The notes under the pieces: model-generated
Told to the model about the DNA's origin: nothing
Databases searched by the model: none
The model's input: only the letters and a program-made list of their open reading frames with translations
Translations under genes and position numbers: made by a program
Source of the DNA: Bacteroidia bacterium
Lineage (GTDB): Bacteria; Bacteroidota; Bacteroidia; NS11-12g; UBA9320
DNA: 64,000 nucleotides
Assembly (NCBI GenBank): GCA_965216465.1
Contig: CBDCFW010000005.1
Location: 690,816-754,815, forward strand
Reading direction: 5' to 3'
In this document: in pieces, positions 41,518-51,810 of the stretch
How positions within the stretch are numbered: the stretch's first letter is position 1
Layout of the letters: every line of letters starts with the position of its first letter

Positions 41518-42836
41518 CTATTTCTTATAATAATCTGGAGGGAAACCATTTAATTGTCTCCACAGTTCATACCAAACGGGAACCTCATTTAACAACATTA
41601 TGCCACGAGCACCGGATCCTGCTTTTAGCTGTTCGGGCCAAGGCTCGTCTTTAGGTTCAGCAACCAGAATCCTGTACTTTCCATTTTCGCTAATGTTATA
41701 GTCAATTGCAATTACTTCACCAGGGAATGTTCCATAACTTAAATTAGGCCAGCCAGAAAAAACTACAGATGGCCAACCATCGAAGAGAAGCATGGCTTCA
41801 TTTCCTCTACTCACCAAAGGCAAATCAATGGGTTCAACGTACACCTCTACAGCCTTATCCCAATGAACGGGCACTAACGTAACCAAGGCAGAGTTTTCTT
41901 TAATATTTTCACCAATACCGACTTTTAAAGCTTGAGTGATATATCCACGAGCCGGAGAAACCACGAAATACATGTCGTTTCTCAACTGGTAGTTGGCCAG
42001 TTGATTTTTCATTTTAGCCATATCTGCTAGGCCGTTATACAACTCTGTTCCTGCCGATGAGCGCTTCGAACGTACCTCTGCAATTTTCTCGGTAAACTCG
42101 CTTACAACTTGGTCTTGCCTGATGAGGCTATTGATATAAGCATTTACAGCTTGTCGATACTCGTTTTGGGCTTTTACCACTGCAGCTTCTGATGCTTGCA
42201 GCTTTAATCTACGTGACTCCAAGGCTGTTAACGAAACCAGTCCGTCGGCGTACAACTCCTCTTGACGCTCTAATCGCTGCTGTTGTGTTTCGTAATCTAC
42301 CTTCTTAGCCATCCATGCAGCACTATCTGTTGTAACCTTGAGTTTGGCCTGCTTAACATCATTATCAACTGTTTGAATCTTTAAAATCTGAAGAGTGTTT
42401 AATGAATTAATCTGCTCATCCAGAGCTTTTAACTTGTCTTCGTATGCATTAATGGCCGAAGCCTTTGCATCAACCTGCTCCTTTACCCGATCAATCAACA
42501 AGGGTCGAAATATTCAGTATTGATTTCAGAAAGAAACAATATGGTATCACCAACCTCAACAATCTCTCCTTCTTGAACATACCATTTCTCAATCTTGCCG
42601 GCAATTGTATTTTGAATGGTTTGTGGTCGCTGTTCTGGCTTAAGTGCCGTTACCGCTCCTGTAGTTCGAACGAATTGAGTCCAGGGTGCAAACATGCTGG
42701 ATACTAACAAAATAAATAGCACCAAAATTATGCGTAGCAATGCTGGTTTTTGAAACGATGATGAGCCAAATTTTAGTGCATTGAACTTATTGAGATCGAT
42801 GCGATCTGTAATTTTATTTTTACTAATATTAAGCAT
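41518..42836 (-). pseudogene. HlyD-family adaptor, frameshifted at ~42500
   Basis: One extra T joins EYFDP to LLIDRVKEQ; PWTQ...RPQ N-part, FDGWP and WRQLNGFPP C-part. Confidence 0.85.
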
Positions 42837-44472
42837 GACTTAGTTCTAATGTTTTGTTACACATTTTAGAAATTCTCGATTGGTTTGATGAAATCACAAG
42901 GGTGGTATTCTGACAACATTCTATCAATAACCCAATTAGGTCTTTAGCTATGACCTCATCCAATTCCGCAAACACATCTTCTACAAAAACTATTCCTGGC
43001 TTGCCTACTAGGGCCCTCGCCGTGATTAGTCGTATTCGGTCTGTTTTAGACAACATTCTTTCTGCGTTTGTTATCATTTCATAATAACCATTCGGGAATA
43101 AGTCTACCACAGGTTTCAATCCAACGCGATCGATAATTTCAATAATTTCTTCGGTAGTCACTTCAGGTTGCTGAAGGCCTATATTGTCTAATAAGGTGCC
43201 GTAAAATATTTCTTGATCGCTAAATATTACCCGGTTAGCTGCACGATACGATTGTACATCAATATTGTTGCTTGGAATACCATTTACTTGAATCGAACCC
43301 TCATAACTATCAAGCAATGAGCTCAACGTTTTAATGAGGGTACTTTTTCCACTTCCACTCTTTCCTGTTATACATAAATGTTCACCTGGCTTAACCTCAA
43401 AACTTAAATTTTCAATAATAGGTTTGTCATCAACCACTCCTGAAATTGTAAGATTACTTACTGACAGACTTAGAGGCTCATGATTTGGAACGGCTACTGC
43501 ATTTTCATGCTTACTGTCTCGATCGAGCTGCAAGTCGGTTACCTTTCCAATTTTTTCAACTGAAGTCAACAAGTCGTATATCGGTTCTAAACTCCCAATT
43601 AACTTTTCAGAAGAATTTAATACCAAAATAATAACGATTTCAGATGCAACAAATTGACCAATAGTAATGCTGTTGCTGATCAACAACAATGCTCCAATAA
43701 TTAGCAAGCCAGCAGTGACTAACGTTTTTAAGCTAAGAATACTAACCAATTGTGAAACAACAATTCTAAAATGTTTCTTACGATGCTGAATATACTCAGA
43801 AGCAATTTTATCGGTCTGCTTCAAGGCGAGGTCGTTTGACCCTTGCAACTTGAAAGTGGTCATTGAACGAGCAAGTTCCGTTAGCCAATAAGCCATTTTG
43901 TATTTGCTATCGCTCTCTCGAATACTCGTAGCCAATCCCGATTTAAAGGTGAGATAGATGATTAAGACCAGAATGATAATCAGTACAAGTCCAAACCCAA
44001 TAAACACTGGATGATAGAGTGACAATAGCACTAATCCAAACAATATTTGAATAGCGGAGGATGAGAAATCTAAGAGTACCTTATTTAAATTCTTTTGCAA
44101 TCCTACTACATCAAAAAAACGATGAACAAACTCAGGAGCATAAGAAGTTCCTAATGCCTTTATCTTGAAGTGTGGTATACGATAAGCAAACTCAAACGCA
44201 GCTCGAACAAATAGCTTTCGTTGCAAAATCTCTACAATGTATATCTGAAACAGTTGAAATAGTCCTGCAACTATAACCCCTATGGTCACTAACAAGGTCA
44301 ATATGGTCCATGAGGCAGAAAGCCTTCCAGCTAGAACCAAACTCATGATAGCCTGAATACCAATTGGCAGCGACAGATTAATGATTCCTTGCAAAGCACC
44401 ATAGGTGTACAAATACACCAAGTCCTTCTTGTCTTTGATTAACAGGTTAATAAATCTTCTTACGGTTGTCAT
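42829..44472 (-). CDS. ABC exporter (TMD + NBD) with degenerate NBD motifs
   Basis: Walker A GKSGSGKS intact; signature LSKTD and Walker B VFVED are non-canonical. Confidence 0.88.
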   Translation of the reverse strand: MTTVRRFINLLIKDKKDLVYLYTYGALQGIINLSLPIGIQAIMSLVLAGRLSASWTILTLLVTIGVIVAGLFQLFQIYIVEILQRKLFVRAAFEFAYRIPHFKIKALGTSYAPEFVHRFFDVVGLQKNLNKVLLDFSSSAIQILFGLVLLSLYHPVFIGFGLVLIIILVLIIYLTFKSGLATSIRESDSKYKMAYWLTELARSMTTFKLQGSNDLALKQTDKIASEYIQHRKKHFRIVVSQLVSILSLKTLVTAGLLIIGALLLISNSITIGQFVASEIVIILVLNSSEKLIGSLEPIYDLLTSVEKIGKVTDLQLDRDSKHENAVAVPNHEPLSLSVSNLTISGVVDDKPIIENLSFEVKPGEHLCITGKSGSGKSTLIKTLSSLLDSYEGSIQVNGIPSNNIDVQSYRAANRVIFSDQEIFYGTLLDNIGLQQPEVTTEEIIEIIDRVGLKPVVDLFPNGYYEMITNAERMLSKTDRIRLITARALVGKPGIVFVEDVFAELDEVIAKDLIGLLIECCQNTTLVISSNQSRISKMCNKTLELSHA

Positions 44473-45134
44473 TTTATTGCCGATCTTACGGTGTGAATTA
44501 GGTAATCATATAATTGTTGCACATCGTTTTCTTCAATGTCAGTTAAGCGAGGTAGGTGCTTGCTAAAAAACAATTGATCGTGAGCAGATTCAACTATGGT
44601 TGATGCTAACGAATGAGCATATTTATACTTCGGATTGATATTTAGAACCAGCTGGGCAAGAGAGTCACATAAGCTTTTGTACTCCATAAACACGCCTTCC
44701 TTATTATCTTCATCTACCGCTTTCGTTAAATATACTTTGGGACCTTCCGCCGTAATTACTTCAGATAGTTCTTTAAATGGAAATACAAAACTCTCATGGT
44801 CAGCATAGGGCTCAACAATCATTCGAATGGCCTTCTCTAACCGAGAAGAATGAGAAGCTCTCTCAAAAGAGAGCTGCTTAATTCTAGAATCTAACCAACG
44901 CCAATACAAATTGTGCAGGTAAACCAACAGCATGTGTTTGTTTGTAAAATAGCGGTATACGGAGGCCTCGGTACTTTGAATATTATCCGCTAATTTTTTG
45001 AATGTAAAAGACTCCAACCCAATTAGGTTGATTAAGCTTATACTCTCAACGATTATCTGTTCCCCTAGCGAACTCGAAAGCGGATTTTTGACATATGTAG
45101 TTTCCCGTATGGGTAACGATTTAACTAATAGCAT
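44469..45134 (-). CDS. TetR/AcrR regulator
   Basis: FTFKKLA...STEASVYRYF HTH. Confidence 0.9.
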   Translation of the reverse strand: MLLVKSLPIRETTYVKNPLSSSLGEQIIVESISLINLIGLESFTFKKLADNIQSTEASVYRYFTNKHMLLVYLHNLYWRWLDSRIKQLSFERASHSSRLEKAIRMIVEPYADHESFVFPFKELSEVITAEGPKVYLTKAVDEDNKEGVFMEYKSLCDSLAQLVLNINPKYKYAHSLASTIVESAHDQLFFSKHLPRLTDIEENDVQQLYDYLIHTVRSAIK

Positions 45135-45163
45135 TACTATTGTAACGTAATAGTAATACTATT
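45127..45163. promoter_or_regulatory. Paired palindromic TetR operators
   Basis: AATAGCATTACTATT (45127) and AATAGTAATACTATT (45149) overlapping the tetR start. Confidence 0.65.
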
Positions 45164-45176
45164 GTTTTAATTTTTT

Positions 45177-47078
45177 TTAATTTTTTTCTGGCTCTATCGT
45201 CTCGCCTGTTCGTTTGTCGATATACTTGTACTCCTTTTGAAAGAATAATTGGCCATAGTGTATATTATAAGGACTTGAACCTGAGCCTCTTATAACAAAA
45301 GGAGTCAGCTGGTTTCCTGATCGATCATAAACTGCACATTGGTATTTGTATTGCTCTAGTTTTTCGGTTACTAAAAAGAGACCTGCCTGGTGTTCGATTT
45401 GGCTGTACTTCAAAGGGATAATCGTATCTCCATTTAAATTCAAGACGCCGTATTGGCCTTCTTTGTACACCTTAAAAAATGGCTTGTCGTTGTACTCTAT
45501 TAAATCGTATTCGGGTTTTAAAACAAATTGACCTTGCCTATCTACAACCCCATACTTTCTATCAATAGAAGGTTCATAGCCAATCATGAACGCCGCTCGG
45601 ATTGGGTCAACTTTTGATCGTGTTTCTTTTAGCACAACTCGATAACCATTCGGCAGTTTTACAAGTTGAGAAAATGTGCTATCTCCTAAATCCACCAACT
45701 TTGCTTGCTTAAATTGAGGCTCTATCCCCCACCTTCGGCCTAATGAAAATGGACTATATGCTGCTGGATCCATAATAAATGCTCCAGAAAACCAATCGCC
45801 GCCTCCTTCTACTAAGGTTGAGTATGGATGAGATGAATCTCCCAAGAATCCATTTTTATCAAACTCTTGATAACTACCGTAAAGATAATATCTCGGAATT
45901 CCTGTGTTTAATGACCTGCTCGAGTGATAGGTACAAGCAAAGCCAACATTGTCGCTCTGCTTAGCAATTGCGATATAGTTCATTGGGATTAATGTATCGC
46001 CCTTCTCATTTACAGCACCCCATCCAAATGGCATCGACCTAATTTTATATGGGTTGCCATCATCGTCATCCACTTTTACATTACTTGAACCTAAAATAGC
46101 ATATACCTCACCAAATAGATGACTTAGCTGCCTGTATTGCATGGGTAAAATCTCACCACGTTCAACATCAATCAATCCAAAAAGGCTATCGTTTCGTGCG
46201 ATGTACTTTGTTCCAGAAACATGACTCAGTGAACTGTACTGGGGTTCGACTCTCATTTTACCGTCGCGGTCAATTATGCCCCATAAACTATCAACCATAA
46301 CCATTGCATAGGAGCCAATAAACGGCTCCGCCCAATCGTACTTGCAACGGATTTGAGTATTGAAGCTTTGGTTCATGTATCCGAACTTCACTTCATCACC
46401 TCTCTTTTTATAGGTCACTGCAAGCCCATCTTGAAAATTGAGCAAGGGGGTTTGTCGTGATATATAGACCGATGTTCCTATTGAAAACTCCTTGTACAGA
46501 TAAATGTTTTTATGGGGAAACCACGGGAAAATGATGCAGCCATCTCTCGAGTCGTACATTATGCTTTGCTCACCCTTGAGATTAACGATTCCAATCTGAC
46601 CTAGAGAACGATACAAGTATTTATCTTGGTCCAGATAGATTAGATTATCATAATACTGATCTAGTTTCACCTTCCCTTTGCGATTGAGCAATCCGAAATT
46701 TCGACTGCCCCATTCTCTAAACACAATGTGACCGTTCTCCATTTCACCCAACACAGCTAAATCAGGTTCTCGAATTATTTTACCCGTACTATCAATAAAG
46801 CCATACCGATTATTTAGCGATACCTTGGCATATCCCTCCCTAAACTCCCAAATTTTATCAAACTGTGGCTCGAGAAGCACTTTTCCACTTTTGCCGATTA
46901 ACCCTACATAACCTTGGTGGTGCAATCGAGCAACTTCACCATTAAACCATCCCGACTGATAGGCCGAGTTATCAGCTACATACACCTGATTTGCAGTATC
47001 AAAATATCCAGGAATATTCTTTTGTGCAAGAAGCTCAAAGCAAAAAGCCAATCCGATTAGAGTAGTCCAAAATCGCAT
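45177..47078 (-). CDS. WG (KWG)-repeat protein
   Basis: Repeated YGFID/WGIID...PxY units; signal peptide. Confidence 0.85.
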   Translation of the reverse strand: MRFWTTLIGLAFCFELLAQKNIPGYFDTANQVYVADNSAYQSGWFNGEVARLHHQGYVGLIGKSGKVLLEPQFDKIWEFREGYAKVSLNNRYGFIDSTGKIIREPDLAVLGEMENGHIVFREWGSRNFGLLNRKGKVKLDQYYDNLIYLDQDKYLYRSLGQIGIVNLKGEQSIMYDSRDGCIIFPWFPHKNIYLYKEFSIGTSVYISRQTPLLNFQDGLAVTYKKRGDEVKFGYMNQSFNTQIRCKYDWAEPFIGSYAMVMVDSLWGIIDRDGKMRVEPQYSSLSHVSGTKYIARNDSLFGLIDVERGEILPMQYRQLSHLFGEVYAILGSSNVKVDDDDGNPYKIRSMPFGWGAVNEKGDTLIPMNYIAIAKQSDNVGFACTYHSSRSLNTGIPRYYLYGSYQEFDKNGFLGDSSHPYSTLVEGGGDWFSGAFIMDPAAYSPFSLGRRWGIEPQFKQAKLVDLGDSTFSQLVKLPNGYRVVLKETRSKVDPIRAAFMIGYEPSIDRKYGVVDRQGQFVLKPEYDLIEYNDKPFFKVYKEGQYGVLNLNGDTIIPLKYSQIEHQAGLFLVTEKLEQYKYQCAVYDRSGNQLTPFVIRGSGSSPYNIHYGQLFFQKEYKYIDKRTGETIEPEKN

Positions 47079-47235
47079 GTGTTAAGAGAAGCAAAAATCG
47101 TACTAGTTTTTGATTTAGCCTTATGGTTATCCTCAGTTCAACGGTCAATATCCTTCATTTTCTTTATCTTTGGAAATGAGCCCTTCTAGTTAGGAAGTTT
47201 GCTCCAAACCATAAAACTAACCAATTGCCCCTGTC

Positions 47236-48783
47236 ATGAGAACATTTGAAGTCTTTCTGCTTATTGTGCTCTCCTTACCCATTCTGAGCCTATTTTTTAA
47301 TCGTAAAAAAAGACAAAGTTGGTTTACATGGCAGTCGGTTATCATTTTTGCGACCTTTCTTCTACACGCTTTTTTTGAAGATTTCAGATGGCAAATGACT
47401 TTTGCCTACTTGGTTGTTGCTTTTGTGGTCATTCGATCAGGATTAAACATCCTTCAACTTAGCAAAAAACCAAAAACCTATGTATCAAAGCTTATTGCTC
47501 GTATTGGACGCGGTGTTGTTGCAATTATTTGCTTGTTGTTTTTGATTTTCTCAGGGCTTCTATCTTACCTATTTCCTGTTCCTAAAATGCCCTCACCTAC
47601 CGGACCCTTTGCCGTAGGAAGCACTTATCTGCACGTAATAGATTCTGCACGAGCCGAACTTATCACCGAAGACACGACTGATTTCAGGTCGCTGTGGGTT
47701 CAAGTGTGGTACCCTGCTGAACATACCCGTTCTAGTGAGCGGCTTCCAATCTTACCTGAGTCAAATTTGTACATGGGGCAAATATTCAAGCGTTTTGGGA
47801 TGCCAGCTTTTGCATCTAGACATCTTCCGCTGATTAAAAGTCATTCGTTCTTAGATGCTCCAATCAAGCAAGGAGAAGAAGCTTTTCCCATTATATTGTA
47901 CTCCCATGGATTTACAGGAAACCTAAGCGACAACACACAAAAAATGGAAGCATTGGCCAGTCATGGTTATGTGGTATTCTCGGTTGCTCATGCCTATAAC
48001 ACTCAATTGGGGAAACGCGATGATGGAAGTTGGTTAACCTTAGATGATGAAAATACGATTCGCAATGTAAATGTCTTATCAGACACAGCACTAAAGCGTT
48101 CTATTCGTTCTGATCTTGACCATTTGTTTGACAGCATAAAATCACCACAATTTTTGACCCAAGAGAATAGGTTGGTTATAGATTCGCTTTACGACATACT
48201 TTACGAAAATCCTCGACAATACTTGCACACCCATGCGCAAGATTTATCTTCAGTTTTGAACGAAATAAGTCTATTGCAAAACGGAGAAAAGGAGTCGCAA
48301 TTTTTTGAGAAACTCAATCTAGATAAGGTAGGTGCAATGGGCTCATCGTTTGGAGGTCCCACCGCAGCAATATTTGCAGCAACCGATGACCGTTGTAGGG
48401 CCGCAATTAATATCGATGGGACTCAATTTGGCCTTCTGTATCGCTACCAAATTAATAAGCCTTATATGTGCTTTGGTGGAGCAATGAGTTGGGATGTTGA
48501 TACTGGGAAGACCGATTTCGAGAATATTGGAAATGCACATCCTTACTATCGCATTTCGATTAAAAATGCGTCTCATATGAACATTGCGGACCAATGGTTC
48601 AGCACCTCAATTCACCGTCAACGTGGAGTTTTTGGGTTAGGAAGTATCGAGCCCCATCGTTGTTACGACATATACAACACCTATGTGCTTGCCTTTTTTG
48701 ACCAGCACGTGAAAGGTGGAGAGCAAACCTTGTTAGAAGGAGAAAATCGGTTTGAGGAAGTGAAGTTTATACGGCATGAATAA
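47236..48783 (+). CDS. Membrane-anchored alpha/beta hydrolase (PAF-acetylhydrolase-like)
   Basis: N-terminal TMs, PTGPFAVG, SHG, GSSFGG, INIDG. Confidence 0.85.
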   Translation: MRTFEVFLLIVLSLPILSLFFNRKKRQSWFTWQSVIIFATFLLHAFFEDFRWQMTFAYLVVAFVVIRSGLNILQLSKKPKTYVSKLIARIGRGVVAIICLLFLIFSGLLSYLFPVPKMPSPTGPFAVGSTYLHVIDSARAELITEDTTDFRSLWVQVWYPAEHTRSSERLPILPESNLYMGQIFKRFGMPAFASRHLPLIKSHSFLDAPIKQGEEAFPIILYSHGFTGNLSDNTQKMEALASHGYVVFSVAHAYNTQLGKRDDGSWLTLDDENTIRNVNVLSDTALKRSIRSDLDHLFDSIKSPQFLTQENRLVIDSLYDILYENPRQYLHTHAQDLSSVLNEISLLQNGEKESQFFEKLNLDKVGAMGSSFGGPTAAIFAATDDRCRAAINIDGTQFGLLYRYQINKPYMCFGGAMSWDVDTGKTDFENIGNAHPYYRISIKNASHMNIADQWFSTSIHRQRGVFGLGSIEPHRCYDIYNTYVLAFFDQHVKGGEQTLLEGENRFEEVKFIRHE

Positions 48784-48815
48784 ATTAAGACTCTAGATTT
48801 TCTTTCCTAAATTGC

Positions 48816-51188
48816 ATGCCTTTGTACTTCGACTACATGATTACGACATCAAAAAAACATACCAAACTGTTCAGCATTATTGTTTTTCTTTTTTTGGTAT
48901 TAGCTCAAAATCAGTCATTTGCACAAAAGGTGACCATACATTTCAATCAGCCGCTGTACTTAACAGAGGGTGCTCAAGAAGCAACTATTTCGGCTGTGTA
49001 TCACGATGGAATCCGCTGGTGGAAACAAACCGAATACAAAATTGTAACCGGTCAGAGCACATTTGAATGGGACCTCGATCTTGGTCTTGAACATTCTACA
49101 GAAGTTGTACTCAGTCTTGATCACTGCAAGACGAAATTCAAGCTCGGGCTGTGGTTATCTCCAAAAGACAATGTTACCGTTCATGCCCACGATGAAATAG
49201 TATGCAACAAACGTCCTTGTGCACCCGAATTCTTCAACAAACGTTACATTATTGAAGGAAAGAATGCCGACTTCCATAAAAAGTACGCCTACTATCACTA
49301 TTTGAACGACCGAGATTATGGCTCACAGAACAACCCCTATTATATTGGTTACAGCAGTCCGGCTCATGACAAAAAAGCACCAACCTTGGCGCACATCGAT
49401 CAAAAATTAGCCCTCCGGTTGGATAGTATAAATACTCATCTTCCAGGAAAGAATAACACCAAACTGCGACTGCTCTTACGCGATAAAGAACGCTACCATG
49501 CAGCAACTTCCATTCTAAATGAGGTGGGTCCAAACGCAACCATTGCTCGAAGTGAACGTCTTGACTCCGGTGAAGTGGCAGAATTGATTAAGAAGTATCA
49601 CCTTCTTGAGTCTGGAGAAGAATTTCTTTGGGAGTTTGTGAATTTCGCTTACGAGTTGCCGCTATTTCAAAAAGGCTCACGGCGTTACGGCTATCGGGAT
49701 AGAAGCTCAGTAATATTAGACTCTTTAGTAGAAAATGGGTTACTGGATGCACGGAAAGAAATTGAGCCTCTATACCAACACTGGTTGAATAATAAGAATC
49801 AGACCTTTTATCGATATAAAGATTCGATTGGTGATTTAGATCCTGCCTTAGGGTTTGCTTTTTGGGAGGATGAACAATTAAGTCTCGGAATGCATAAAGG
49901 TTATCAGAGCAACCTTAAATATTATCAATACTTGAAAGACTTGAAGCTTGACCCTAGAATTAAACGATACAAGGCCTTTAAGCGACTAACCAACATGCAA
50001 AACAACAGCATGTATCTTATGCGAAAGCCGGAATATCTGTCAGAAAGAGAGTGGAATAGTTTTACCTTATACTTTGGACTATCATTTGGGAAATCACTTG
50101 ATCGAGTTGAAGATATAGCAACTTCTATGTGTCCAGATCATCGAAAATTGCTCAATATTAATTATGGTGCACTTGCTTTTGAATGGATTGAAGACGATAC
50201 GAGTTTTCATCAGATGATGGAGAAATATAAAGGCAAGACTACGGTGCTTGTTGTGTTTCCTCCATACAGTTGGGGCTACCAGCATGAAGCTTTAGCTATG
50301 TATCAAAATTGGAGAAAGCTCCCTGTAATGAAGGATGTACAGTTTGTGAAACTCATTCGACAACGCAAGCGCGATGACTCAGACAACGACGTTCGAGATT
50401 ATGTTGACATGCTCTATCAATCAAATGAATTGGATGATACTTATTTGGTTAAAACGGATATCAATATATGTTTTGATCAGTATTTTCAGTGCAATGCAAT
50501 CGGACCATTTATGGTAATTGATCCGAATGGACACGCACTTCCTATAGAGAAAAGTCATTTAGGCAATGAATTTTATAATTTAAGGCGACCACGTTTAAAT
50601 ATAAATCCTCACCCGCCGCAAGAACAAGAAGTCGTTGTTGATGAAGATCTTCAATTAGGTTCGGGCTATGCTGGAGAGGAATACGAAATGGATGTGGCTA
50701 TTGAGGAAGGTGAAAGAGTATACTTTGACCCACCTAATTATAACCGCAATTATGGCCGGCGAGTTGAAGAAAAGCCAGCTTGGGAAGTGAAAGAAATTGA
50801 AGAAAAGACAGATGAACACCGTTCATTTAGTGCTATTGTCTCGCAGTATCAATCAAAAGAGCTGGTGTCGTTTGAATCTTCCAATTTTATTGAACAATTC
50901 TTTCCAAAAAATGAGGGCTGGTACGCATCACGGGGCTTTGGTTTCACTTATCTCACCAAAGAAAAACCACGAAACTTATACGCCCAATCTATTTGGACAA
51001 TAAGTGGCGACACACTTTTTACTTGTGAAGATGATGGAACCATAAAAGACAATTATTCGTTTAGCTATAATCCAAAAACGTTCATTCTTACCGTCAGCAA
51101 CGAAGAATACTATGGTGAATATCAAGTGATGATGAGCAGCGTTAGAGCCATCGTTTTAAAGAATATTAAATCAGAATTTAAACGCTAG
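48816..51188 (+). CDS. Large secreted hypothetical protein
   Basis: 790-aa ORF with signal peptide (start may be 48837); no family recognised with confidence. Confidence 0.75.
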   Translation: MPLYFDYMITTSKKHTKLFSIIVFLFLVLAQNQSFAQKVTIHFNQPLYLTEGAQEATISAVYHDGIRWWKQTEYKIVTGQSTFEWDLDLGLEHSTEVVLSLDHCKTKFKLGLWLSPKDNVTVHAHDEIVCNKRPCAPEFFNKRYIIEGKNADFHKKYAYYHYLNDRDYGSQNNPYYIGYSSPAHDKKAPTLAHIDQKLALRLDSINTHLPGKNNTKLRLLLRDKERYHAATSILNEVGPNATIARSERLDSGEVAELIKKYHLLESGEEFLWEFVNFAYELPLFQKGSRRYGYRDRSSVILDSLVENGLLDARKEIEPLYQHWLNNKNQTFYRYKDSIGDLDPALGFAFWEDEQLSLGMHKGYQSNLKYYQYLKDLKLDPRIKRYKAFKRLTNMQNNSMYLMRKPEYLSEREWNSFTLYFGLSFGKSLDRVEDIATSMCPDHRKLLNINYGALAFEWIEDDTSFHQMMEKYKGKTTVLVVFPPYSWGYQHEALAMYQNWRKLPVMKDVQFVKLIRQRKRDDSDNDVRDYVDMLYQSNELDDTYLVKTDINICFDQYFQCNAIGPFMVIDPNGHALPIEKSHLGNEFYNLRRPRLNINPHPPQEQEVVVDEDLQLGSGYAGEEYEMDVAIEEGERVYFDPPNYNRNYGRRVEEKPAWEVKEIEEKTDEHRSFSAIVSQYQSKELVSFESSNFIEQFFPKNEGWYASRGFGFTYLTKEKPRNLYAQSIWTISGDTLFTCEDDGTIKDNYSFSYNPKTFILTVSNEEYYGEYQVMMSSVRAIVLKNIKSEFKR

Positions 51189-51205
51189 CGCCAGCTTCCT
51201 GCTGG
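51184..51205 (-). repeat. REP-like palindrome family 3 (CCAGC-TGGAA-GCTGGCRCTAGC)
   Basis: Related copies at 51694-51720, 51727-51743 and 61113-61138. Confidence 0.65.
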
Positions 51206-51257
51206 AACTGCAATAAACTAACTTGTGCTTGCCTATGTAACATAAACCAACACGTTA

Positions 51258-51358
51258 ATTGCGGCGTTGGCCCGGTGGCTTAAGCACCGGACGACAAAAA
51301 CATCATACAGCGCTATTATAGCCTTCGATTTTTGCAGTACTTTTTCTAAAAAAGTGCG
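51258..51358 (+). repeat. Structured repeat family 1, copy A (short subtype, 20-bp internal deletion)
   Basis: ATTGCGGCGTTGGC...GCTATTATAGCCTTCGATTTTTGCAGTACTTTTTCTAAAAAAGTGCG. Confidence 0.9.
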
Positions 51359-51384
51359 TAAGAGAAAGAAAGAGATAAACCTAC

Positions 51385-51411
51385 TTCTGGTCCCTTACAG
51401 GAGACCAAGAA
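51385..51411 (+). repeat. Bulged hairpin family 2 (diverged copy)
   Basis: CTTCTGGTCCCTTACAGGAGACCAAGAA. Confidence 0.75.
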
Positions 51412-51467
51412 AAAGCTGAATTCTACATGAATTATATTTCGAGCCTACAACTTTGATTAAAACGTTT

Positions 51468-51622
51468 ATTGCGGCGTTGGCTTGAAGGCTATCAGCGGCG
51501 GCCCTGTGTGACGACGGACGGGGGTGTTTAGCTTAGAGGCGATGGAGTTAAAGAGCGACAGAAACACCCTGCAGCGCTATTATAGCCTTCGATTTTTGCA
51601 GTACTTTTTCTAAAAAAGTGCG
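51468..51622 (+). repeat. Structured repeat family 1, copy B (long subtype)
   Basis: Same 5' and 3' conserved blocks; inner GGGTGTTT/AAACACCC stem. Confidence 0.92.
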
Positions 51623-51640
51623 AAAGAGAAAATATGGATA

Positions 51641-51670
51641 CTTCAGGGTCCCTTACAGGAGACCCTGAAG
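51641..51670 (+). repeat. Bulged hairpin family 2
   Basis: CTTCAGGGTCCCTTACAGGAGACCCTGAAG. Confidence 0.85.
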
Positions 51671-51693
51671 ATGTCGAATGTTATGTTAAAATT

Positions 51694-51743
51694 TAGTACC
51701 AGCTGGAATCTGGCACCAGCATAAAATGGAAGCTGGCACTAGC
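51694..51743 (+). repeat. REP-like palindrome family 3, two copies
   Basis: TAGTACCAGCTGGAATCTGGCACCAGC and TGGAAGCTGGCACTAGC. Confidence 0.65.
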
Positions 51744-51810
51744 ATGTATTGGTACAATCAAAACAACCCTTAAAAACATTAACCCTATATTACACCACTA
51801 AAACTAAATT

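Noticed and set aside
51664-51691. dif-like site (TTATGTTAAA)
   Set aside because: Matches only the XerD arm; the XerC-arm position is occupied by the family-2 hairpin with no similarity.
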